DNA from: an uncultured virus (IMG/VR IMGVR_UViG_3300011691_000001)
Lineage: Duplodnaviria; Heunggongvirae; Uroviricota; Caudoviricetes
IMG/VR virus record: IMGVR_UViG_3300011691_000001
Strand: one strand, 5' to 3'
Length of the DNA: 59,431 nt
Shown: positions 46,831 through 55,823 of the stretch, piece by piece
Layout: every line of letters starts with the position of its first letter
Numbering within the stretch: position 1 is the stretch's first letter
Made by a program: the position numbers and the translations under genes
The notes under the pieces: model-generated
Database searches by the model: none
Told to the model about the DNA's origin: nothing
What the model saw: the letters and a program-made list of their open reading frames with translations, nothing else

Positions 46831-49103
46831 GCTTGAAAAGGCTAATAAATCCAAGCATCACTTCAAATGAAAAATACAGTGATTACAACATATCCTCTTT
46901 GAGTAAGAGTGCTGTAAAAGAAATATTAACGAATTCATTTATTGATGGAGTTTTTGGAGTAGAAGCTAATAGAGTATCAAATGAAGAAAGTTTCATATTC
47001 TTTTCTCCACCAAACTTTAAATTTAAATTTGATAATTCAATAGGTAGTAAAAATCCACAATATAATTTAAATCCAAAGAGTGAGAATTTGACATGTGGAG
47101 AGCTGTTCACTTCTAAAAGCTCATTATTTCCTGTAGAAATGAATATGAATGACTCATTTTGGAAATTAATTTGCTCAGTATGTCCACCTCATATTGATAT
47201 CATGTACCAGATTGTACTTGTATTCAGACAAGATAACTGGAAAGAAAGACTATATGATCAGTATGAAGACTATTTAAATGGTGTTCAGAACCCATCTAAT
47301 TATGGATTTCTTAGAAAAATACAACGTGGAATAAATGATAAACTTGATAATTTTCTAAAATGGGAAAATAAACATTCAGAAATAGAAGAGATAAAGAGAA
47401 AATTAAAAGAGAATGGGTATCGTTTCAACATGAGATTTATTTTGAGTGGTGGAAATAGAAAAGAACATAAAAATTTAATTCGACAAATTGAAAGTAAAAT
47501 TAATGAGTATTCATACACAAATCAATGGATGCTCAATACTGATTCTTCGGAGTTAATCAGTAATATAGTGAAGAGGAAATTAGATTACAATAGTAAGTAT
47601 TATGTACTTTCAACTTCAGAAGTCATTCCATTCATGACGATTGATAAAGGATTGTATGTAGGAAAAACAACTACAAAAGATCAATTAACAAATATAGAAA
47701 CAGGTAATAATCTTGTAAAATTACTTCCATTAGGAAATGATTTATCAGAGGTAAATAGTAAGGTAATAGCAGAAAAATTTATTACAGCATTGAGAGAATT
47801 TAAAAATTTAAATAAAGAAATAACACTGAAACGATATAGATCAGGATCTACCTTAACTAAGTTTACTTTTGAATTACCTGATGAGGTTAGATTCTCAGAA
47901 TTAAATAAATCTACTGTAGTTAATGATATTCAATTAAAAATGGGTGTTAAACATTTACAGATAAAACAAGGGGATGGGGTAGGTGAGATTGATATATCGC
48001 TGCCATTGGAGAAAAGGCAGAAGGTATTATTGAGAAATTACATTGATGCCGATGATTTCAAACAGTATTCAAAAGAAAATCCACTTGCATTTTTAGTTGG
48101 TGTAAATGAGGTTGGAGATCCTGTATTTTCGTGTATGAGTAAAGTAAAGCACTTGTTGGTTGCAGGAACAACTGGTTCAGGAAAATCGGTATGGTTAAAT
48201 CAATTAATATTGACTCTTTTGACAACTAAAAATCCATCAGAAGTACAATTCTATATGATCGATATTAAACAAGTTGAATTAACTGTATTTGAAGATTTCC
48301 CACAAGTTCAATCAGTTGTTACAGAGGTCAATGACGCAGTTGTTTTATTAAATCAATTAATTAAAGAAATGAATAGAAGATATGATTTATTTAAGAAATG
48401 TAATGTGAAAAATATCGCTCATTACAATAAACAATTTCCTAATAAACTGCCTTATATTATTTGTGTTATAGATGAGTATGCGGAATTGAGTAGTAGAGAT
48501 AACATGGTGCATGATCATGTAACAAGTTTATCCCAATTAGCTAGGGCAGCAGGAATCCATCTAGTTATTGCCACACAAAGACCAAGTGTGGATGTAATTC
48601 CTTCAATAATTAAAAGTAATTTGCCAAGCAAAATAGGGTTTTATTGTTCAAATACACGCACTTATTTAACGTTTTTAAATACAAAGCCACCATACGAATT
48701 GTTGGGTAATGGGGATGGAACAATGTGTTTAGAAGGTCAAATGGAAGAACACGTTAGGTTTCAAGGTTGTTTAATTGTCGATGATCCAAATGAAGAGGGG
48801 CTAGAAGGTAAATTGATTAGGAGTATAGCAAGAAAGATTACTCAGAAGAAGGTGAAATTTGACTTACCTGAAGTTGAGGTAGTAGTTGAAGAAAGTGAAT
48901 TGGATAAATTAAAAAGAATTATAGCTACTACAGGAGAAACAAGAGTGTCGCCTTTACGTAATTTAATGAAAATAAATATAAATAAATTGAATGATTTAAT
49001 GAAAGAATTGGTTGAGGAGGGGTGGTTGGAAGCACCAAAAACTAAGCAGTCAGGGTATAGCCTTATAATTGAAGAAGAGGAACTTATAAAGTGGAGAAGT
49101 TGA
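46827..49103 (+). CDS. FtsK/SpoIIIE family DNA translocase
   Basis: HLLVAGTTGSGKS, IDIK.VEL, VIDEYAEL, ARAAGIHLVIATQRPS; C-terminal winged helix. Confidence 0.92.
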   Translation: MSLKRLINPSITSNEKYSDYNISSLSKSAVKEILTNSFIDGVFGVEANRVSNEESFIFFSPPNFKFKFDNSIGSKNPQYNLNPKSENLTCGELFTSKSSLFPVEMNMNDSFWKLICSVCPPHIDIMYQIVLVFRQDNWKERLYDQYEDYLNGVQNPSNYGFLRKIQRGINDKLDNFLKWENKHSEIEEIKRKLKENGYRFNMRFILSGGNRKEHKNLIRQIESKINEYSYTNQWMLNTDSSELISNIVKRKLDYNSKYYVLSTSEVIPFMTIDKGLYVGKTTTKDQLTNIETGNNLVKLLPLGNDLSEVNSKVIAEKFITALREFKNLNKEITLKRYRSGSTLTKFTFELPDEVRFSELNKSTVVNDIQLKMGVKHLQIKQGDGVGEIDISLPLEKRQKVLLRNYIDADDFKQYSKENPLAFLVGVNEVGDPVFSCMSKVKHLLVAGTTGSGKSVWLNQLILTLLTTKNPSEVQFYMIDIKQVELTVFEDFPQVQSVVTEVNDAVVLLNQLIKEMNRRYDLFKKCNVKNIAHYNKQFPNKLPYIICVIDEYAELSSRDNMVHDHVTSLSQLARAAGIHLVIATQRPSVDVIPSIIKSNLPSKIGFYCSNTRTYLTFLNTKPPYELLGNGDGTMCLEGQMEEHVRFQGCLIVDDPNEEGLEGKLIRSIARKITQKKVKFDLPEVEVVVEESELDKLKRIIATTGETRVSPLRNLMKININKLNDLMKELVEEGWLEAPKTKQSGYSLIIEEEELIKWRS

Positions 49104-49126
49104 ATTGGAATATAAATAAAGAAAAC

Positions 49127-49167
49127 ATAAATCCCTATACAGAGGTTGAATTCTGTTAGGGATTTAT
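49127..49167. terminator. bidirectional terminator
   Basis: ATAAATCCCTA...TAGGGATTTAT between convergent genes. Confidence 0.7.
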
Positions 49168-49249
49168 AAAATGCTGTAAAACTGACTTATTAAGATATGT
49201 ATTTGATTAGAATGATGTTCTCTCACCGTTACAAACTGTGTATTATTAA

Positions 49250-49945
49250 CTACTTTTTAAATTTTTTTGTATTAAATGAATCCACGCGATGTGTTATTGT
49301 TGCTAACTGTTCACGAGTCACATAATCTTGTGGATTTGTTCCATCAGTAATCCCATTAGCTTTAAACCATGTCCAGTCATCTTTATGACAGTCTAATGGT
49401 TGTCTTACTTTTTGTTTATCCAATTTATTTTCTAATTGTTTCTTGAGTTCTGTATTTTCTTTTTGAATTTCAGTGATCATATTCTTTAATTCATTGTACT
49501 GTGACATAGTAAGCTCATCTCCATTTTCTTTAAATTTACCAAATGTATCTGTACCATAACCTTTATATTCATACTGTAGGTGAGGAGCATCCCATCCCCA
49601 ATCACGCCCACTAACAAAACCTAATTTTTTAGCGTAATTAATTACTTTATCAGCATTTGGAGTTTTATAAGCATTCCATAATGCATTGCCATTTGAATCT
49701 ACAAGCACCCAATCTAACGCTTGTCCAACTAGATGATATGATTTCATAGTTTGTGAAACTCCATTGGCAACGTTTATTTCTTGTTGCTTAATTGTGCGAA
49801 TAGTTTCGTAGATTAATATTTGAATGTTATTATCAATGCAATATTGGTACAATTTCAATGTTAAAAGCTTTGTATTGTCTGCTAAATTTGAAATGTTGTT
49901 TCGATTTCTAACATCATATCTCATTGTAAATGCCACGATATACAA
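49250..49945 (-). CDS. endolysin, M15 L-Ala-D-Glu peptidase with C-terminal SLH-like binding domain
   Basis: ETIRT..QQ, SYHLVGQALD, WDAPHLQ; GITDGTNP..VTREQLA. Confidence 0.88.
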   Translation of the reverse strand: MYIVAFTMRYDVRNRNNISNLADNTKLLTLKLYQYCIDNNIQILIYETIRTIKQQEINVANGVSQTMKSYHLVGQALDWVLVDSNGNALWNAYKTPNADKVINYAKKLGFVSGRDWGWDAPHLQYEYKGYGTDTFGKFKENGDELTMSQYNELKNMITEIQKENTELKKQLENKLDKQKVRQPLDCHKDDWTWFKANGITDGTNPQDYVTREQLATITHRVDSFNTKKFKK

Positions 49946-49965
49946 CTTCCTTTCTTATTCAATTT

Positions 49966-50148
49966 TCATTCTTTAATATTCGATGTTTTACCAAAATAAA
50001 ATGAAATTACACTAATTACTACTGTTTGGATGAAATTAGTTTCTAATGTACCCATAAGTGAAAGTACAACGAATAATAATACAATTGATAAAGCAATCAG
50101 TTTTCTAACTTCAATTAAGGCTGAAAGCTTTTGTTTCATATTTATCAT
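49966..50148 (-). CDS. holin
   Basis: Two TM helices ending VISFYFG, directly upstream of the endolysin. Confidence 0.75.
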   Translation of the reverse strand: MINMKQKLSALIEVRKLIALSIVLLFVVLSLMGTLETNFIQTVVISVISFYFGKTSNIKE

Positions 50149-50168
50149 TTCCTTTCTTATAAGTATTT

Positions 50169-50504
50169 TTATTTATTGTTTCTTTCGATATTTGTCACTC
50201 TATCATCCAATGAGTTTAATCCTTGTTCTAAGGACACTAGCGATTTTTCCACTTGTACCAATGATTGTGCTGTTCTTTGTTGTATCTCATTACTCTCTGA
50301 TAGGTGTTCCATTAATTTATTTTCACGTTCTTTACTTTCAGTTCTATATTCATCATGTAAATTAGTCAGACGCTCTTCTTGCTTATCATTCTTTTCATAA
50401 ATCTTTTTTAGAATGAAGCCTACCAAGGCAATACAACATATTGCCCAAACAGCAGGACTGTTTGCAACATCACTCAACGTTTTAACATCCATACATTTAA
50501 TCAC
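50169..50504 (-). CDS. BhlA/UviB-like holin-associated protein
   Basis: N-terminal TM plus coiled coil with ERENKL. Confidence 0.7.
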   Translation of the reverse strand: MIKCMDVKTLSDVANSPAVWAICCIALVGFILKKIYEKNDKQEERLTNLHDEYRTESKERENKLMEHLSESNEIQQRTAQSLVQVEKSLVSLEQGLNSLDDRVTNIERNNK

Positions 50505-50615
50505 CGACTTTCTAAATAATAAAAAGAGTAGGGGAGATTAATCTCACACCTACTCTAAATTGAATTTCCTGATTCACTTCTAATTTTATTATATGCTTAT
50601 TATGTTATAATCGTC

Positions 50616-51827
50616 TTACCGATTTACCTTCAGTTCCCATCTACAATCCATCCAAATCTCACTATTCTCACAATATTTCTTAATACTATCATTACTCACC
50701 TTTAATGACTTTCTTACTTCTGTTATACTATTCCATTCTTTTATCAATTCACCGTTTAGATTGAATTGTAATACTTTCTTGCTATTTTTCTTTCTTGCAA
50801 AATTAGTTTTCATTTCTAAAAATTCTTTATGGTCATAGTCAATCCATCCGTAACTAGAAGCTTGCTTTAAATATCTAGCAACTGTCGTTCTACTTATCTT
50901 TAGTAATTTGCCTATTTCACGAGAGCTAATAATACCGCTTCTATATAGTTCACATATTCTTAGAATGAATGACTTTGACGAATCTACAAATAAAACATCC
51001 CAATCAACAGATGAAATATCAATGATGTTATTTAAATCACTATTTATTATACTAGATTTTATAAAATTTAAATCATTATTTCTAGCATCTATAATTATGT
51101 AGTTTTTTATGCCGTTGTTTAATGCTAAATCCTGTTTATATTTGTCGTTATTTTGTATGCACTCTAACGGTTCATAACCCAGTTTAGTGTCTTGATAATG
51201 CTGTAAGCCATGTACTTCGATGATAGTTTGAAGGGAAGAAATATAAAAGTCGTACCTCTTTTTATCAGACCAAGGTAGCATCCTATCGTACTCAAAATCT
51301 ATACCCATATTATTCAATAAATTATATACTAACTTCTCACCACATGACCTATTATCTGAACATTTAGTACACCTTAATCCATAATATGTAGCTTTTTGTA
51401 TTGGATACCTCTTTACTATGTCTTTGCAATTTGGACATCTCCAGTCTACTTTAACAGTAGCTCCTTTTGAGTATTTATATCCATAATATGGATTATTTAA
51501 CATATTAGCTACTTCTGGGTTAGTAGTCCATAAATCATTATATCCAATCAATATTTTTTGATTTGAACAATAAGGACATCCTCTTCCTAATAAGTATCTG
51601 TTTGATACAACACCATTCCATTCATGTCCCTTCTCACAAACCCACCAAACTTTCTTATTACTTCCTTTTGTTATTGCATACACATCAAAACATAGCTCAT
51701 CATTCTTTTTAAAGTTCCACTCAATGAAGAATTGTGGTTTAGTTTTAACCATTGCATTATCTTTCAATTTACTTATTCTATTTAAATCTAATTCTTCTTT
51801 TGTTTGGGAATTTATATATTTATTCAT
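50616..51827 (-). CDS. zinc-ribbon/PD-(D/E)XK/NUMOD1 putative homing endonuclease
   Basis: KVWWVCEKGHEW..GCPYC repeats, RYDFY..IIEVHGLQHY, HTH, KVLQFNLNGELIKEWNSI. Confidence 0.7.
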   Translation of the reverse strand: MNKYINSQTKEELDLNRISKLKDNAMVKTKPQFFIEWNFKKNDELCFDVYAITKGSNKKVWWVCEKGHEWNGVVSNRYLLGRGCPYCSNQKILIGYNDLWTTNPEVANMLNNPYYGYKYSKGATVKVDWRCPNCKDIVKRYPIQKATYYGLRCTKCSDNRSCGEKLVYNLLNNMGIDFEYDRMLPWSDKKRYDFYISSLQTIIEVHGLQHYQDTKLGYEPLECIQNNDKYKQDLALNNGIKNYIIIDARNNDLNFIKSSIINSDLNNIIDISSVDWDVLFVDSSKSFILRICELYRSGIISSREIGKLLKISRTTVARYLKQASSYGWIDYDHKEFLEMKTNFARKKNSKKVLQFNLNGELIKEWNSITEVRKSLKVSNDSIKKYCENSEIWMDCRWELKVNR

Positions 51828-51911
51828 TATAATAATTCCTACCTTTATTAGTTTGATTCTTAGGCAAATAAAAAAGACTTCTCAAAACGATTAGCCTTTA
51901 ATGATTCATGC

Positions 51912-52088
51912 TTATTTAGTTGATTTAAAATTGCGAACGAAGTTAATTAATTGTGTTGATTCATTGAATATAAACACATTTCGTCTAACGCCATCTTTAT
52001 TACTAGGTTTTAATTTCTGTAGTACAAACCCATTTTGCATCAATGCTCCTGCCATACGTTGGGATAAAACTATGTAATCTTTTTTCAT
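51912..52088 (-). CDS. small hypothetical protein (DUF5659-like)
   Basis: MKKDYIVLSQRMAGALMQNGF...NVFIF; translated by hand. Confidence 0.55.
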   Translation of the reverse strand: MKKDYIVLSQRMAGALMQNGFVLQKLKPSNKDGVRRNVFIFNESTQLINFVRNFKSTK

Positions 52089-52093
52089 TTAAC

Positions 52094-52501
52094 TTATAGG
52101 ATAACCTCACGAACTGAACTGAATAAGTCTGGTTTTGATTTAAGCTTATCAATAATTGCTTTCGCTCGTGTTTCAATTAATTTACCATATTCCTTAGCAA
52201 TAAACTCAGCATCATCACCATACTGTACAACAGAGAATGATTTAGTGATAGGAAAATCTGTTAACATGTATTTGTATGAAGCACCTTCATTAACCAGTGT
52301 AACTTCCTTAGAAATAGGGGTAGTTGTACCATCGCCATTGTCAACTTCTTCAGTTACAGTTTTCTTAATTAAAGCAGAGACATCAATACGTTGTTCTCCA
52401 TAGTCACTAAATAATTCAGTATCATCTTTAGTTACATCTCTAATATTCACATTAACAGTATAAATATTATTTTTTAAATCATCTGTAATAACTAATTTCA
52501 T
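52094..52501 (-). CDS. hypothetical late protein
   Basis: GGAGG RBS. Confidence 0.65.
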   Translation of the reverse strand: MKLVITDDLKNNIYTVNVNIRDVTKDDTELFSDYGEQRIDVSALIKKTVTEEVDNGDGTTTPISKEVTLVNEGASYKYMLTDFPITKSFSVVQYGDDAEFIAKEYGKLIETRAKAIIDKLKSKPDLFSSVREVIL

Positions 52502-52528
52502 TAATTGACTTCCTCCGATATTATGTAT

Positions 52529-52801
52529 TTATTTTGTTTCGTCACTGCTAATTTCTTTTGCCATTCTTTGTAATAGTCTAATGTATTCCAAAATTTCTTT
52601 CTGTGAATATTTCTTTAAAATCACATTACTTAGTCGCTCATCATGAATGGCAATTTCTACATAGCGTTCAATCTCAGTTTTTCCGTTTGTTTCTAACTTT
52701 TTAATAGTAGGTGTGATCACTTGATAAATATCTTTTTCGATTGGAATTTTTGCAGATTGAATTGTTTCGTTATAAGTTATATATTCAACTTGTACAGCCA
52801 C
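52529..52801 (-). CDS. hypothetical late protein
   Basis: GAGGTG RBS. Confidence 0.6.
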   Translation of the reverse strand: MAVQVEYITYNETIQSAKIPIEKDIYQVITPTIKKLETNGKTEIERYVEIAIHDERLSNVILKKYSQKEILEYIRLLQRMAKEISSDETK

Positions 52802-52881
52802 TTAAACACCTCACTTTTAAAATTGATTTTATTACAAAATAAAAAAGCATCCTTCAATTTAGGACACTCAACTTTGCCAAA

Positions 52882-53046
52882 CTATACACCTTCAGTAGAT
52901 GTTAAAATATAATCTTCAACAGCAACACGATAATCCTCGTTAGTAACATCGTCAAGAACATACACTTGACTAGTCTTAGGATTTAAACCGCCTGAAATAA
53001 TTCGTTCTGCTGCAATTCGTACAACAATTTGATTAATTTCATTCAT
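52882..53046 (-). CDS. small tail-module protein (54 aa, MNEINQIVVRIAAERIISGGLNPK...)
   Basis: Translated by hand; overlaps upstream stop; AGGAGG RBS. Confidence 0.6.
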   Translation of the reverse strand: MNEINQIVVRIAAERIISGGLNPKTSQVYVLDDVTNEDYRVAVEDYILTSTEGV

Positions 53047-53360
53047 TATAAAATTCCTCCTACTTGTGCATCTGTTTTCAATAGTAAAATATCATCTTCC
53101 AATTCTTTAATGCGTAATTGTTCTTCTGTTAATTCTGGAACTGGATAAAATTCAAAAACAGGCTCTTTTGTTTCTGGATTAATTCCAGATATAAAGCATT
53201 TCAATGAGTCATATGATTTAATTTCTATATCTATATACTTAATTTCACCCTTAATTTCTTGATGGTTCATAGGTTCTGTAGATTCAAATATTTCACCTGT
53301 TTCCCATAATTTCATTCCAGTTTCAGAGTCATAAAAAATGCGATTACCACGATTGTACAT
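53046..53360 (-). CDS. tail fibre assembly/chaperone-like protein (paralog of 55491-55823)
   Basis: MYNRGNRIFYDSETG...RIKELEDDILLLK. Confidence 0.65.
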   Translation of the reverse strand: MYNRGNRIFYDSETGMKLWETGEIFESTEPMNHQEIKGEIKYIDIEIKSYDSLKCFISGINPETKEPVFEFYPVPELTEEQLRIKELEDDILLLKTDAQVGGIL

Positions 53361-53418
53361 AATTTTCCTCCCTTATTTTATTTTTTAATACTGTAATATT
53401 GAAAGTAAAGGGGAGTGG

Positions 53419-53568
53419 TCAATTATTAACTTCTGAACCTTCTTCTGTTAATACTTCAGTTGCAAAATCTCTAAGATTGTGGAAGTCTGGTACATCTTCT
53501 ACCGTTTTCTCACCTAATTTTATTAGCAACACATAGTCTTTAACTATTTGACTCTCTTTTGTAAACAT
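53419..53568 (-). CDS. CD1375-like small phage protein
   Basis: YVLLIKLGEKTVEDVP motif; translated by hand. Confidence 0.55.
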   Translation of the reverse strand: MFTKESQIVKDYVLLIKLGEKTVEDVPDFHNLRDFATEVLTEEGSEVNN

Positions 53569-53569
53569 G

Positions 53570-53833
53570 TCATTTCACCCCTGTAAGTGCGATTATATGC
53601 TCCATCATTTGCGTATTACTTCTAGCCAGTTCCAATCTCAAGTTTTCTACATCTGTCAATTTTGGCTTATCGAACACTTGCCCTTCGTCAAGAGTAAAAT
53701 GACTAAAATCTGATATACCTCTGATTGAGAAAACTTCATTACCATTTACGTAGCCAATAATACTATCTTTTGTTTTGACAATTTCTTCTGCTTGGTAAGT
53801 TTGATCTGCAAAATACAATGTTTTCATGAGCAA
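53570..53833 (-). CDS. tail-associated hypothetical protein
   Basis: AAAGGAG RBS; position in tail module. Confidence 0.6.
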   Translation of the reverse strand: MLMKTLYFADQTYQAEEIVKTKDSIIGYVNGNEVFSIRGISDFSHFTLDEGQVFDKPKLTDVENLRLELARSNTQMMEHIIALTGVK

Positions 53834-53922
53834 ATTCTCACTCCTTTATTAATCAATTTTGGATTAAGACCACCAGTAGCTATACGTTTTGCAATTATTT
53901 CTACTAATTCTTGATTGACCAT
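53824..53922 (-). pseudogene. truncated paralog of 52882-53046
   Basis: MVNQELVEIIAKRIATGGLNPK matches the paralog then diverges; AGGAGG RBS. Confidence 0.55.
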
Positions 53923-53939
53923 GCTATACCTCCTATATT

Positions 53940-55478
53940 CTAGTAAGACCTAATAATTCCACCTGATACAGTGGATTCTGCTGTAGTTCCTGTAGGAAGT
54001 GTACCGCCTTTCACTATTGTTGCACCATTCCCTGCAAAGAGTACAACATTATTGTTAGAACCTGTATTACCTGCAAATATCACATTAGCAAAGAAGTTGC
54101 TTAGTAAAACATTATTCCTACCCATAAACTCTGAGTTATTCACAATCATATAGGATGTATCTGCTGATATAGCTGTTGTAGTACTAACATTAGAAAACGC
54201 GCAATAGTTCACAAAAACATAGTTTGTTCTCTGCAACAGGATATTAGTAGAGTTACCAATAAACTCAATACCACGTACATCAATACGTATAGTGCATGAG
54301 AGAAAATGTAAAAAGTTTAATTTATATTTTTTAGAATCAGTTACATTGGAGGCGTTTGAACCTATTATACTAATTGTACCTGAACCTGTTATACCATTAA
54401 AAGAAGCTCCTACACTATGCGTGCCTTCATCTAGATATATTGCTATACTATGATTTAAAATATTGGGTAACTGACTAATTACCCCTGCTATTGTTTGAAA
54501 CTTAAATGCTGTACTCCCCACTTCTCCTGTCTGGTCATTACCTGTTGTAGAGTTAACATAGTAACTACCACCACCATATGATTTAGTTGCGGCACTACGA
54601 ATAGTTTCAAGAGTTGATTGTTGAGGTCTAGATGAAAATGGTTCAGTATATGATGATACTAAATTAAGAGTAACACCTTCCAACAATTCTGCTGCATTTC
54701 CATCATAAGTAAACAATTCTATTTCAACTGCTATAGGTCTACGTGTGCTCTTTTTTATTAAACTAAAATAAGGTTTCCATCCTGTATCCTCTACTGCTAC
54801 CATACCAGTACCGACATAAAATTCTTTAGTAAACATTAAGTTAGACCGTAGTATACTCCACTCTGATACATAAACAGCATTAGTGCCATCATTACCTCTT
54901 TGAGCAAACCATGAAGCTTCTGCCATAGGTGTTGTATTAGAACCTGTAGATGCTCTATCACCCGAATATTTTACTTTAATATATCCTGACTTAAAGTTGG
55001 CAGGAAACAAAAATTGTAACACTTCTTGATTTATGTTATTTACCCACCCATCAAACGGTTCAAACGTTCTTACTGCATGACTAGCACCTAAAGAAAAAGT
55101 TCCATATTCTTTACTACCATTACTACTACCGCCTGACTCTCTAGCAGCTAACCAGTTTTCATTAAGGTTGTAACGTGTGAAACGTTTTGTCTCTGTACCT
55201 GATGCAACAATAATATCCTGTAGTGCATGTAACCTATCTTTATCAATACGTGTAATAACAAATAATCTAGTGAATGATGTATCTACACCTAATGCAGTTT
55301 GCCATGACGCAATGTTAGGTGATGTATTTGCAAAGAATGATTCTCCTAATGGATAATCAGCAGGTGCATTAGTTGCTTCTAGGGGAACTATATTTTCATA
55401 TAGTCCACCCTGTTCTATCATTTCTTGTAATTCAGCATTCATATTACCAAAAGCTAACTTATTACCTTCATATGCCAT
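53940..55478 (-). CDS. tail fibre/receptor-binding protein with C-terminal beta-helix-like region
   Basis: YYVNSTTGNDQTG..FQTI motif followed by beta-rich repeats. Confidence 0.7.
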   Translation of the reverse strand: MAYEGNKLAFGNMNAELQEMIEQGGLYENIVPLEATNAPADYPLGESFFANTSPNIASWQTALGVDTSFTRLFVITRIDKDRLHALQDIIVASGTETKRFTRYNLNENWLAARESGGSSNGSKEYGTFSLGASHAVRTFEPFDGWVNNINQEVLQFLFPANFKSGYIKVKYSGDRASTGSNTTPMAEASWFAQRGNDGTNAVYVSEWSILRSNLMFTKEFYVGTGMVAVEDTGWKPYFSLIKKSTRRPIAVEIELFTYDGNAAELLEGVTLNLVSSYTEPFSSRPQQSTLETIRSAATKSYGGGSYYVNSTTGNDQTGEVGSTAFKFQTIAGVISQLPNILNHSIAIYLDEGTHSVGASFNGITGSGTISIIGSNASNVTDSKKYKLNFLHFLSCTIRIDVRGIEFIGNSTNILLQRTNYVFVNYCAFSNVSTTTAISADTSYMIVNNSEFMGRNNVLLSNFFANVIFAGNTGSNNNVVLFAGNGATIVKGGTLPTGTTAESTVSGGIIRSY

Positions 55479-55490
55479 GTGTACCCCTCC

Positions 55491-55823
55491 TTACATTATC
55501 CCATCTATTTCATAACTAGCTTTAAGTAACATGTTCTCTTCTTGTAGTTCACTAATACGTTTTTCTTGTTGTGTTGGTGTACGTTCAATCGCTTTCAGTA
55601 CTGGTTTTTTAGTTACAGGGTCAACACGCTCAATCTGATTCTTAGAGTAATCAATTACTCCAATATCTAAATCAATATGAGAGAGTCCTTTAATGGGGTC
55701 ATGTTTTACAGGCTCAGAACTAGCTGTTACTTCACCAGTTTGATATATAATCTTCCCCGATTCTGTTTCATAGTAAACCCTATTGCCACGTGTGTACATA
55801 GTACCTTCCCCCTTATTTTTCAT
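55491..55823 (-). CDS. tail fibre assembly/chaperone-like protein
   Basis: MYTRGNRVYYETESG; follows the tail fibre gene. Confidence 0.65.
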   Translation of the reverse strand: MKNKGEGTMYTRGNRVYYETESGKIIYQTGEVTASSEPVKHDPIKGLSHIDLDIGVIDYSKNQIERVDPVTKKPVLKAIERTPTQQEKRISELQEENMLLKASYEIDGIM

